Shown here in pieces: positions 26,901 through 39,800 of a stretch of DNA of 50,403 bases. Source of the stretch: Girardia tigrina (lineage: Eukaryota); contig MQRK01247043.1 of assembly GCA_001938485.1 (NCBI GenBank), forward strand, positions 1 through 50,403, in the 5' to 3' direction. The position numbers and the translations under genes are program-made. The notes beneath the pieces are model-generated. The model had not been told where the DNA came from, did not search any database, and worked only from the letters and a program-made list of their open reading frames with translations. The first letter of the stretch is position 1; every line of letters begins with the position of its first letter.

Positions 26901-28432
26901 TGGAATTAAGGTTTCAGTAGTTTTAAAAAAGTTTATTAGAAAGTGTTTATAAATTTTTTGATTATACTCAAAATATTTAGTTTTTAGTTGTAATCCTTCA
27001 ATATTCCTATGATAAATAAGTAAAATACAAAAAATATTTTTGTATTTGATTAATCACGAAAAGAAGTCTCGGAACAGGTATAGATATACAATTTTTAAAA
27101 GATTTACTAAAAACCAGTTCACCAATTCTTGTTTCATTCAGTGTTCTCAAATAAATAATTACAATTCTAGTACATTTACAACAAGTCATTTAAAGTTTAC
27201 AATAATGGCGGTTAACCTTTTACAAAAAATTTACTTACTTAAATCAATTTAAATAATATTCCTTTTCTTCATTACTATATGAAAAGATTTAGATAAATTG
27301 ATTTCAAAGCTATCAATTTTATTTTCTCGAAATTGTTTCAATGGAAAATTAGTGTTGAAAAATAAATCAATCATCTTTTAATTTTAAATAAAAAAACAAA
27401 AATGTTTTGAAAAATATGCTCAAGTTATATTCTGCAGCATCCTCATCGACCTCATCAATGTCATCCACGGTTGAACAGGTTGATGAAAACCAATCAGCCG
27501 TTACTTGTAAAGCTATGGGTACATATACATATACGCGTACATATACATATGCGTTTTGTCAAGTCACTAGAGTCTATCAAAATCATTGGCCTCCATTGAG
27601 ACTTATTGTCAAATTATTGATAAATTTTAATGTATTGTCAATTAACTCATAGCAACACAAAACCAGTTAATCAATTAAAAAATGTCAAATCCGGATATTT
27701 GATCTATTTCAACTAATACAACAGCCAACATTTTTCTATAATTATCTCTAATTAAATAAAGTTCTAGAAACGTAAAGTCCGCAAAGGAGGAAATATTGAA
27801 AAATAATACACATTATTTGAGATTGCTGTGTTTTAGGAGACTTTAACCGGTGATAGCGTTTTCAGAAAAGAAATCGTTGTCATGAATGAAAAGTCAACTA
27901 AACAAAAACAATTTTATCATTTTTATTTGTGGTAAATTAGTTTTTTTCTCTGTTTTAAATATTATATTTTCATAGAAATATTGTCAAAATTCAATAGAAA
28001 AATTCTTCGAAATCTAGATCAAAAATCATTCAAGTTTTTTCAATGATTTTTAGAAAAACATTCCATGAGAAATAATTGCAACTGATATCTCATATATGAA
28101 ATGAAACAATTAATAGACAAATAATTTTCATTTCTAAAGTACACATGTTCAAAAAAAATATTTTTTCAGTAAAATTACGATATTTTACTCCACATTTTGT
28201 TTCATAAAATAATAAAAATTCCCTTAGCATACTTTCAAGAACAAGAAGAAATAGAAAATCAAAATATTGTAAACAGATTAAGAAATATAATTTCGTTCAA
28301 AAATAAGAATATACGAAAATTATCCAGTTCTGCTGGTGATCGTGAACGTATGAAGACTTTCATTTGGAATAAATTATTTTTTTGTCTCTGACATCTTTAA
28401 TTTTTAATAAGTAGAATAACAGTCAAATGCAT

Positions 28433-28790
28433 AGTGAAAGGAGTTTTTGAATGTTTGATGTGTTTGAATGTTGTGTGTTGATTTGGGATTGTACCTCCTA
28501 CTAAGATGGTTGATTGATTGTTTGTTTAATTCTTATTATCTGAAACTAATTTGATTTAAGTTAAATTTTTATGTTTATATTTATTTAAAATTTTAAAATC
28601 ACTTTCAAATATTAAATGATTTCAATAATTAATTTTAATTTTAACCAATAAAAATTATAAGATATATATTTTTTAAATAATCCAATGTCAAATTAAGATG
28701 ATTTGAAATTAGAATCAGAAATTAATTGAATTGTGTAAACCTTTGAAAGTTTTGTTAATAATTCTTCTCAGGACAAATTAACTTTTTATA
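28433..28790 (-). repeat. Interspersed repeat family A, copy 3
   Basis: Reverse complement of the core (GGGATTGTACCTCCTACTAAGATGG) followed by TTCTTATTATCTGAAACTAATTT, which matches 9029-9052. Confidence 0.7.
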
Positions 28791-28888
28791 ATAATGGGTG
28801 TCGAAAATCATATTAGTATTTTTAATACATAATTTAATAAAAATAATTTTAATAATAATTGCAAAAGAAAAGATAAATAATGTAAAAT

Positions 28889-29843
28889 AAAAACACGCCA
28901 TTTGTTAAATTTATTTTTTACGACAATTAATTTCGACGGTATAACCGTCATCGTCAGGTCTCAAGAAAGAAATGAATTTTAAATCTGCTTATATAGGCAA
29001 GCAGTGATTATGTCATCAATGGATTATTATGTCATCTAAACACGCTTAATAGGGTTTTCGAGAGACCCGTTTGCACATTAATCTTAGGATCTAAAGATCT
29101 GATATAAAGTGCTTCACAGGCTACCCTCTCCCAATAAAGTTTTTAGTTTTTTGTTCTGTGTCTCAATTTTGTTACGAAAAATTTTATTAGCGTGATAATT
29201 AGAGACAATATTACACCAATGAAAACACAAATCACTACTTACATTATACAATGCAGATCTAACAATAGTTAGTCGTTTCATAATTTCTATTCTTCGTTTN
29301 NNNNNNNNNNNNNNNNNNNNNNNNNNNNNNNNNNNNNNNNNNNNNNNNNNNNNNNNNNNNNNNNNNNNNNNNNNNNNNNNNNNNNNNNNNNNNNNNNNNN
29401 NNNNNNNNNNNNNNNNNNNACAGGAAGCCAAAAAATATATATCCAATTCCTTTCTTCGTAACGAACAAACTAATTTCAGATATTTCTTGAATGTAACCAG
29501 CGCATCAGGAAAATAATGATTCAAAAAATTAAAAAATAATGGCAAATTATGTTGAAAAACAAAAACACGCCATTTGTTAAATTTATTTTTTACGACAATT
29601 TCATCGGAAGATCCTAAGGAGAATGCTGGAGACAGAGAAGAAACGAAGAATAGAAATTATGAAACGACTAACTATTGTTAGATCTGCATTGTATAATGTA
29701 AGTAGTGATTTGTGTTTTCATTGGTGTAATATTGTCTCTAATTATCACGCTAATAAAATTTCTCGTAACAAAATTGAGACAGAACAAAATCTAAAAACTG
29801 TATTGGGAGAGGGTGGCCTGTGAAGCACTTTATATCAGATCCT
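28889..29843 (-). mobile_element. Non-autonomous Penelope-like retroelement with partial direct repeat and inverted 5' segment
   Basis: 40-bp direct repeat at 28889-28928 and 29561-29600. The ORF fragment has a FL..C motif (ELDIYFLASC) and ...QNKKLKTLL, resembling PLE N-termini. 29641-29843 is an inverted near-identical copy of ~29097-29299. The terminal repeat holds TATA, a hammerhead and AATAAA. An N gap lies at 29300-29419. Confidence 0.75.
28922..28960 (-). ncRNA. Minimal type I hammerhead ribozyme
   Basis: Minus strand reads GAC-CUGACGA-U-GACGG-UUAUA-CCGUC-GAAA-UUAAU-U-GUC. This gives the intact core CUGANGA/GAAA, a perfect stem II, a palindromic minimal stem III (AUUAAU), stem I GAC/GUC, and predicted cleavage after AUU (28925/28924). 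Confidence 0.8.
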
Positions 29844-30414
29844 TAACTCTATCAAATTGAGGTTCCATTACGAAAACCAAAATATTATTGGGAATTTATC
29901 GTTGTCAATCGATTAAAAAAATATTTGAAAATGTTCAATCAAAGAAACTGAAGGATTCGATAAAATCTGCGACTTAATAAACACTCGAAAATATACCGAA
30001 TAATTGATGAACATTTAATTACGTTTCGATAACATTTATCGAATTTGTCCTTCTTTAATAAATAAAGTTTGTTGTGTGAGAAAAAAAAAGATTTGAATAA
30101 ATAAAAAAATTGAATTGAAATTAATTTTACTAAAAAAATGGAATTGTAAAAAAATTGATATAATTTGTGTTATTTTGTTGAAAATTGAATGCTGTTTAGA
30201 ATTATGAAATTTATTTTAATGAATTAGTGAAGGTGAAATTTATGGCGGTTTTGTGATTAATGTGTACGTGATTAATTTGATGTTTTGTGTTTTAATCGAT
30301 AAATTTTTGTTGACAAATTTGGCAGAAATTTGATTTTGTGAAATGGTTCGAAATAATAAAAAATTGGCATGGAGATTTTTTTTGTTTAATTTGAGGTTAA
30401 ATGGTGAATTTTAT

Positions 30415-30740
30415 GAAAAGGGCATCATTGGTCAAAAAATCGAAGAAATTTTCAGTCGCTCTTGATCGTTATAATAAAATTATCGAACTTGATCAAAAAA
30501 ATTGCATGTTGGGGCTGAACGTTTCCAGAGAGGAGAATATTCGCAATGTATTGTAATGTGTAATAAATCCGTTGAAGTCTGTCGTGGAAATCAGGCTGAT
30601 TATAAATTATTCGCCAAAACCGGTTCAAGAGCGGGGAATACTCATTTAAAATAGGATGATCTAATTAATGCGAACAAGCAATTTGAAAAATCTTTATCGG
30701 AACAGCGTAATCCAGACATTGTTAAAAAATTAACGAATTG
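30415..30740 (+). pseudogene. STIP1: STIP1/Hop (Hsp70-Hsp90 organising protein) TPR2A-domain pseudogene fragment
   Basis: Manual translation gives KKFSVALDRYNKIIELDQKNC, then a frameshift, then GAERFQRGEYSQCIVMCNKSVEVCRGNQADYKLFAKTGSRAGNTHLK*DDLINANKQFEKSLSEQRNPDIVKKL. This is colinear with STIP1 TPR2A as I recall it (KKDFDTALKHYDKAKELDP...FEKGDYNKC...KAIEVGRENREDY...AKAYARIGN...KSLAEHRTPDVLKK). Confidence 0.88.
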
Positions 30741-30959
30741 TTCGATCGACATTGATGGAGTGTGGTGGAGATGCTTTGAGATGATGGAGAATGAGTGCTT
30801 GTCGCATTTATTTTAAAAAGAGGGCGGGGCTGGAACGGAGAGCCGCAGAGATCTGTCGATCGAGATGAGCGAGGATGATGGTGGTGAGATTACGTTGTGA
30901 TTCTCCTCTCCAACCCCAGGACGCCGCCTTCGCACTGCGCCCGCTTTAACACAAACATC

Positions 30960-30962
<3 letters not shown>

Positions 30963-31002
<40 letters not shown>
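30963..31002. repeat. (TA)n microsatellite
   Basis: Pure TA run. Confidence 0.95.
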
Positions 31003-31005
<3 letters not shown>

Positions 31006-33705
31006 TGTCTAAACATTTAATTATATTGTGATTAAAATAAAAAGCTGCGATTTTCTTTCCAATTTTACGTAACGAACATACCTATTTTATCATTAATGTT
31101 TTGCCAGACAACGAATTGAAAGGAATAATTGCTGCAGAGATAATTGATCCATTACATATGGATAATCTATAATCTATTTCATTTGGAAAATTCTTATGAG
31201 TATTTTTTCATATAATCCAGGGGCTTCTAAAATGCTTCCAGATGCTTTAAAAGTCAAATATCATTTTATACATACTTCCTTTGAACATATTTTGTATTTT
31301 GTGTATAAATTCTACATAATTATATCAAGAAAATAAATAAAGTAATTAAACAATATTGGACGTTTATAAAACAATTATTCATTTGTAATAGAAATTATCA
31401 AACATTAATTGAAATATTATATTATAATAATATTATTAATAATATTAATAGTAATGATGATGATAAATAATTATGCTTTCAATCCTTAATTTGATTTATA
31501 ATTTCCCTGAGTTTTTAATTTAGTCTAGAGACTGCAAAAATATAATAAATAGTAAACATTAATTTATTTATATAGTACTTTCAATTGATTTGTAATGTCA
31601 TTTATAGTTCTTGTAAAGATAATTAAACTTATGATAATATTTATTATTACATATTTCTGTGTAATTGTAATCTACAGAAGGATCTAAAGTGTTTGTAAAT
31701 AAATCTACTGTGTTTTAATTTCAGGGACAATAGGCCCATTTTTAGTAGTATATAACAAATTGTTACAATATTGAGTCTTACGAAGGCTATTTTTATATTT
31801 TGAAAAATAATTTAGTTATGGCTTGTTTTAAAAAATTAATACTGTACATGTTTGATGTTTTTCATACTTTTTTTCATAATTTTTTATTTATTTATTATTT
31901 TCATCAATATTTATAAAGATATTAAAAGGTTGATACATTTTTAATGATCATTTTCTAAAACAATCTTAAACTAAATTGCTTTTCAAAAATAAATGTTTGG
32001 AAATTCTTATATTTTCCAAGTTGATCAACTTTACATTCAATTATATAGAAGTCTTCTAATAGAATGTGCATGTTATCTAATAGCCTGAAATGTTTACATA
32101 TTAACTTAGTCATAGAGTAAAGATACAAATAGCATTTAATTTTTCCAAAATATTATATTGGGATTAAAGGTTCAATTGGTAACTTTGTTTAATTAATAAT
32201 GTACATTTTAATATAGTTTTAATAGGAATAATAATTATTGGAATTACGAAATTTTTTATACTGATCAAAATAAATATAAAAAAATATTTATTGTTAGAAA
32301 CAGTTTATAATCAAAATTTAAACAGTTCTAACAGAAAATTTAAAAATCATTTCAAAATGATTAAAATATTTTTTTAAATATTGTCACAAATTAAAATGAA
32401 TTCCAAAAGATTTATATATAATAAAAATAATATAATAATAAAAATAATAAAAATGTTTAATCTGTTTTAATACAAAAACAAAACGAAAACAATTTTACAA
32501 TTCAAACATCAATTTAGTACAAAATATATTAAAAACAAATAAACTTCAAATATTATTTTTATATTTTATAAAATTGATGGTTAAAGTTAAATATTTTTCG
32601 TTACACAATAAATCAAAGATTTCCTCCATAATTACTGTAATTTTTGTAAAAAAAAGGCCAACAAAAAGATTGCTAAAAGAAAAGCACATGAACAACTGAG
32701 ATTTTGTTAGTCTTCAATTAAACAGCTTCAATTGTTCTCAAAAAAAATTTACTAAATTTTTTATTTCAAAATAGAGTAACATAGAAATAACGGAAATATA
32801 AAAATAAAATATAGAAATAAATATATAGAGGTTTTTAAATCTGTATTTGATTGAAATCTTTTTAAGTAAACATCATAAAGTCACTGAAATATTAATTTAA
32901 CGATGATTTATATTTATAACACTCGAGTTGTTCATGGCTTCCAGTTCCTTGTATGTCAACAAATTAATCCCAAGACAAAGCTCATTGAACTAAGGATTAA
33001 TTTGACTTTTGTTGGACAGAATTTCTACAACTACTATTGATAAAACTCGAAATTTGTCAATTTCTTTCAATTTAAATTTACTGGGTAATTAATAAAACGA
33101 TTGTATCACTTTGTGAGTTTTACTGAATTTTGGGATTTAGGTTCACAATTGACAGAATCAGGATTGGGAAATGACTATTGTTTAAATAACATCTGTTATT
33201 TACAGTAAAATTGTATAAAACTTTATAAAATATTGGAAACTCGTAATTTCAAACTTTTGAATGTGTCAATTTTATTAGAGTAATACTTCTAATAAACTTA
33301 ATATGTATTCCATCAATTTCTACGATTATATAACCTTCAGTTGAGATTTTTATAAATAAGTTAATGATTTAAATTCTTTATCAATGGAAAGACCGAGTCA
33401 AAGAATTAAATTCAAATTTTTCAGATGATATTATTTATCAAAAAAATATTTTCAAATAAACAAATATTTAAATATATACCCTTTGACCTCCATTTTACTG
33501 TAATCTCAAAACAACACAACTAAACTAAGTAATATAAGATGATATTGTTAAACATGAGAGAAATTAACTTCAAAAGGTTTCTAAACAAATTAAATTAATA
33601 GTCAAATGGAATAAAAGAATTTTTAAATGATTCAAGTAAAAGCATTTTCAGCATGGACAATGTTGTAATGAAAACTTTTGAAAACTTAGTTTTCGGTTTT
33701 ATTGT

Positions 33706-33803
33706 TGTGAGGAATATTTTAATTTGTTTGAATGTGTAAATGTATGGATGTGGTATGTTAAATTTAGAATGGTGATTCTCCCACCCAGATGGAAATTGGT
33801 ATT
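33706..33803 (-). repeat. Interspersed repeat family A core, copy 4
   Basis: TGTGAGGAATATT...CTCCCACCCAGATGGAAATTGGTATT is the reverse complement of the core at ~1095-1186. Confidence 0.7.
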
Positions 33804-36800
33804 TTTTATTTAAATTTAAAGTGATTGACTATTCGAACACAATTAAAATTAAGTTTAATATTTTTTAGTAAAATTTAAATTAAATGCATTTTTAATAATT
33901 TGATGACATTTTTATTATTTAAGATTTATTGAAAAATGGTAAAAATTATTATTTTTTTAATTAATATTTTTAGAGGCTAAATATTTTAAAAAATAATTTA
34001 GAAACATTGTTCGAATAATCATGATTAAAAACAGAAATAAGAAAACAAATTAGAAGGATGACAAACGATGAAAGACTTTCTGAGAGTCATAATGACTCTA
34101 AATGTGATTGTAATAAATGTAGTGCCCTACTTACTGACACTGCATGACTGTTTTGTTTGTATGTCTTTTGACCTTTGTGTTTCTTTCAATTTACTTCTGT
34201 ACAAAGCCTTGGAGTGACTAGTTATTTTTTATACATAGGGATTCCCTTGTGTGTGAGGCGTGTGATGCATATTGTTTTTTTTTGATGTTATTTTTGAAAG
34301 CCGTTTTCACTTCTTAATACAAAGTATTCTATCGTCAGTATTAAGTTTTCAAATAAAAGATGAAAAACCAAAAGTTCTCGGAAAATTTCTTTAAACTAGT
34401 GTACATAATTTCTGCTGCTTCAACAATACGATTTTATGTGATGTTACGAGCACTGTTGCCTAAGAAAACAAAGTTGAACAACTATGATCCAAAGATTAGT
34501 GAAAATGAAGTTGATTTTGACAGTAATGAAAAATTGTATAATCAGATAGTGTGGATTAATTTTTAATGAAAGTTGCGCANNNNNNNNNNNNNNNNNNNNN
34601 NNNNNNNNNNNNNNNNNNNNNNNNNNNNNNNNNNNNNNNNNNNNNNNNNNNNNNNNNNNNNNNNNNNNNNNNNNNNNNNNNNNNNNNNNNNNNNNNNNNN
34701 NNNNNNNNNNNNNNNNNNNNNNNNNNNNNNNNNNNNNNNNNNNNNTTACATAATATCCGTTTAAGATTTTCCAAGAATCTAATATATACATATGTTGGGA
34801 AACAATTGTTTTTCGGATACTGTTGGATTCGGTTACTTGTATTCGAGCTGGAATGATTATGAATGCAAGTCAATGTGGGAAACGTGTAACACTTAATTTT
34901 AGTCATGTTAATCATTATATCGTCCTAATGGGATTGTATTTACAGGAATCTGAAATTAAATCGATATTAATTATCGACTCAATTAAGATAATTAAATTAA
35001 CTTACTTACCGCGTTATGACAATGCATTATCGGATTAATTAACGTTTATGAATCATGAAATTCGACGATTTTGTTTTTTTATTCACGTATGTAAGCTCGT
35101 TATTGAATTTGTTTTTTTTTGTTCACAATTAAAGATTTTTATTAACTGTTTAACTTTATTTTATTTATTTACTTTTATTTATTTGTAAGTAAAAATAGTT
35201 GATCTATCATTATCACGGGATCAACTATTTTTACAATAAACATTCAAACGAGACTTGTTTAAATGTTCTTAATAATTGTAAAGAGATAATTTATTAGAAT
35301 ACTTATCGAGACAAAAGATATTTAAGAGTTTGAAACATAAATTTCATTCAAAGACAAGACAACTTACATTTTACTGATCATAGGTTGACAAAAAATTCAA
35401 AATTATTATTAAAATTTAAGAAGAATTTTATATTTGGTAAATTGAGTAGTTATTACTTTAAAAATCGCAAATGGTTAGGTTTGAAGAATGTTAGTAATAC
35501 TATATTTTTATTATTTAAAAAGCTTTTTAATAATAATCATTTTCACTTATAACCTCAAAAAACTGATTATTGAAGGCATATAATTTTTTTAACACAATTA
35601 CTTGAATGTTGATCTAATGTATGATGTCATTAATATATACAACTATTATATCCAAACTAACACAACTTGAATTTATAACTTCCAGACTCTAATTAAAATA
35701 AAACCAAAGTCTTTTTTTATTATTATTCATATATTTGACTGATAATCATTTTAAAATAAAAGCAATTTATTAAATATAAAATTAAAAATAAAAATTTATT
35801 AATTATTCATAAATATTAATAATTCATTATTAAATCACAATATTTTGTACAGAAAATTAAATAAATATTTACTATCTTTTAACACAATTCCTTTTTCTAA
35901 AATCCATATCTGTATTTTGATCAACTTACATAAGTATAATTCTCAGAAAAATTGTCATATTGTTTTAAGTAACAATTTGAAAAGAATTTAATTAAAAACA
36001 TTTTGTAATTAACAATGAGAATACAAAACGATAGAACAAGGTAAATTTTCTATTTTTTATTATGTTAAAAATACTAAAAAAGAAAATAAATAAAATTTGT
36101 AGAATTACAAAAAAACTTTTTCCTTATAATATAGTTAAATAAAAGTAGCTCAATGATATCAGTTACATTTTTAAAACATCTTTATTAAAGTTTTCAAAAC
36201 TTTATTTTTACAATTGAGTAAACATGGAAAAAATATTCCGCAAAAGCAACGAATTATATTATTAGGATATCACTTTGATTTGGGTTTGATAGATAACATT
36301 TTTTATGAAAAATTCTTTAAAAAATCAATAAATATTTTCATAGAATAAAACAAAGTTCTTTCATGGTAATCCCGCAAATTTTTTCATGAAAAAAATTCTG
36401 CATGGTTTTCAATTCATTTGCGTCAGGTCATATTTCAAAAGTTTATTAGTTGGCGACCACTTTCTGACAGTGTCGTCAAAATGAAACCTATTTTTCTGAA
36501 ATGGATCTTTTTCAAACCATTCGGGAAATAACTTTTAGTATTAATACCCTTCAATGAATAACTCTGGTTGATTACTGTACACGTGTACAGTCGCAACGTA
36601 ATCTATAGAAATGGGACTGTGATTACCATCAGAATAATGAGTTTATGAATCAGTCTATTTGCCGTGCTGCAAAGAGTAAGAGTCAAAATGGGGGAGCGAG
36701 CGATAAAGAACGATAAAATTTATTTCTATAGTTTATTTATCCGATAAACCAGTTACATCTGGAGGTGGAGGAATATGGAGCTACACCACGAAATATTCTA

Positions 36801-39800
36801 TGTGTGTGCTCACTTCCTCTATTAATCAATGACTGGGCACCCATTTGGGCGCCCAGTTACTATGTTAAAACATTGCCTGATTTGCGTAATCAATTATTAT
36901 TGTTTTGTATGATTTTATGCATAGTTTTAACAATTTGAGAGCCTTTACGTAGATTATATCACAATTTAATAAGATTTATTAGTATCTGCTCGCAGTCGAG
37001 TGAGACCTAAAACAAAGGCTATAGCTAGTTTGCTTAAAGCGTCTCTGAATGAAAAGAATAAAATGATGATTCTCGAGGTAATTTAAAGTTGTAAACTCTT
37101 TTAAAGTAATTTATGGAGAAATATCAAACATAAAAACATTTTTTTTCGTTTAATTAAAAGTTATTCCTTAAAAAATAATTTATTTGTAACTTCACAGACT
37201 CTAGATAATCTTGGACAATTCAAGGTTTCATGGAATGAAAAGAACAAGCAGTCGTTGCTCACTTTAGTTCTCACAAGCATATTCCTTCTCGGTGTTTCCA
37301 AATATCTTTCACATCTTATGAATGGCTAAAATGCTACTTGATTTTGTCAACGTCTATATTTTTTCAAAAGAAGAATGTTACAGAACCTTAAAAACATTAG
37401 ATAGAAAAAGATTAAAAGAATAAGAACAGATATAAATTCGCTCTAAACACTCTCTATAAAAAAGTTTTTTTATTTAAATAAATATCTAGAATTTACAAGT
37501 TAACTGTCGTTAATACATTATATTATAGAAATACCGGTCAGTGGGGACCCCCACGACAGTCAACGCTCCAATAAGTCATTCAAAATGATTTATTTCTACA
37601 TTTCAAATAAATCATCAAGCAGCACAAAGTTAAGGAAAAATATAATTTTATAGTTTCCTAATGAATTACTTTGTCAACAAAAAATATTTTCGTAAAAACC
37701 TTTTCAAATACAAATTCAAAAAAAAGAAAAATTGGAAATTTTATTTTGAATTTTTCAAATCATAAACAATGAAATTTATTCAATTCGATTGTTTTCAATT
37801 TTTTAAAAGAAACCAATTACTATTTTTTTATTATTTATCATTATTTTGACAGAAATTAGAGTTCAGCTGGAAAAAAGAAAAAACGATTTCAAGATGAAAA
37901 TGTTAAAATCAATTTATTATTATGAATCCATGTATGTATAAATTATATTTCTACAGAAATAGAAAGAAAATCCGCCATATTGATTGTGTTTTCAGTTTTT
38001 ATCAACAAACTCATTGATCAAAGGAAAATGCCATATATGAAAGCTTGATTTAATTCGGTAATTATCCCAGTCTCAGTCACAAATTGATAGAAATCAATTA
38101 AGCTAATAAGCCATGACAATTGTCTTATATAATCGAGATGAAAAAGGATAATAATCTCTCTGTGTAGTTTATACAACTCAATCATATTTAGATTGATTTA
38201 GTTGACAAATTTCCACTGCAATTATTTTTATTGATTTTTTTAATCGATGCCAAAATTATCCATCCTGCTTAAAAGAAGAAAAGAAAACGAGAGAAAACTG
38301 ATATTTTATTATTAGTAGTATTATTATTATTATATTCAAATAATAATTAAATAAATAAATACTTTATTTACTCGTTTAATATAATATTTTTTAGATTATT
38401 TATAATACGAAGAAATTAAAACAAAATATTAGTTATTGTCACTTATGCAAAAAACGAAAAAAAATTGAGGATCATTATATAGCAGGTTCCAATAAGACAC
38501 ACGAGATCCAAGATAATTCCGAGATCAACCATACGTGGTAATGAACTTTCGGTTGTACTCGGTTGTTAAATATTCATCGTTTACGCAATTAATTTACCAA
38601 AATATCATTAATCAAAGCAATTATCAAATATAACAGCACGCATAAAACTTTCCTTGTTCCAAATTATCAAAAAAATATTAAAAGGTGAAATATTGAAATA
38701 ATCATTATTCTGTATATATTTTCCAATAGAACTAATAAATTAAAATTTGTTAATATAAAAAACATTTATCAAAAACATCTCAAAAATTGATTTCTTTATA
38801 ACAATAACATGAAAGTTAAAGAAATAGCAGAAATTAATTTAATAATTTATTAAATTTTAGAAATATATGTACATATAAATTTGTATATATGAGTAATTGT
38901 TGGGAACATGGGTTTAATTCAGCAGCAGTTAGAGTAAAAAAATGAGAAAATAAGAGTGTTGAGGAAAATGGATGAAGTCAAACAACAATATCGTGGTGAG
39001 TACATCAGTGCAGCATTGTCAAACGATGGCGAGCATTCACCTGTTTTCACTACATTCAAGCAGTCGTATCGACAAGGGAGAGAAAAGAAAACACTTCGTT
39101 ATTTGCAATAGGCGTGTAACGTTGCGTGACATACAAACATGCTGGGTTGACAAAAAGACCATATGTCAACCATATGTCGAGCTCACAAAATAATATACCA
39201 CAGAGAATAGTTACGCAAGCAAATAATACAGTTCTCATCGAATTCCAGCTTCACTTTACCGCTTCATTCTGTATAAATAAGACGACAGAAACAAGCATGT
39301 TGGATATGTCGTTTTTTTCATAAATATTGTCAATGCGTTTATCGTCATCGATGTGGAAAAAACGTCAGAAATTTGTATCAGTTAACATTTCCTGCAGTAT
39401 TTCGTGATGTTGTCGTCATTGTGAAGAAGATGAGGGAGCATTTGTAAGAGGAGTTTCAATTATCTATAGGTTGTAATTGCCCAGGATAAAGGATATTCCC
39501 ACCTGCATCCCCCCCCTGCAACTACACAAAACAGCCACACATACACACACAAACACTCCCTTGCTCACATTAAAAAAGAATATTTCCACACAACAAGCAA
39601 TCAGTCATTGGAGAAAATACGATTTAAATTTTTGTCTTCGACATTTCAATGTATTTTTGAGACTGAACGATGGACTTTCACAACTGAAATTTATGAACGA
39701 TTTTTGATGACATATTTGAAAACACTGAACATTACTACCTTCTCTTAATTTTTTTCTGTTTTTTTTTCATTTTGTGTTAAAATAAAATATGTCATATGCA

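Noticed and set aside
26460-27260. Possible GIY-YIG-like remnant (TRIGELV)
   Set aside because: Too degenerate to support a call.
38972-39707. Cluster of short ORFs (also 27407-27652 and 43112-43369)
   Set aside because: No recognisable domains or consistent splice signals; better explained as GC-elevated non-coding DNA.
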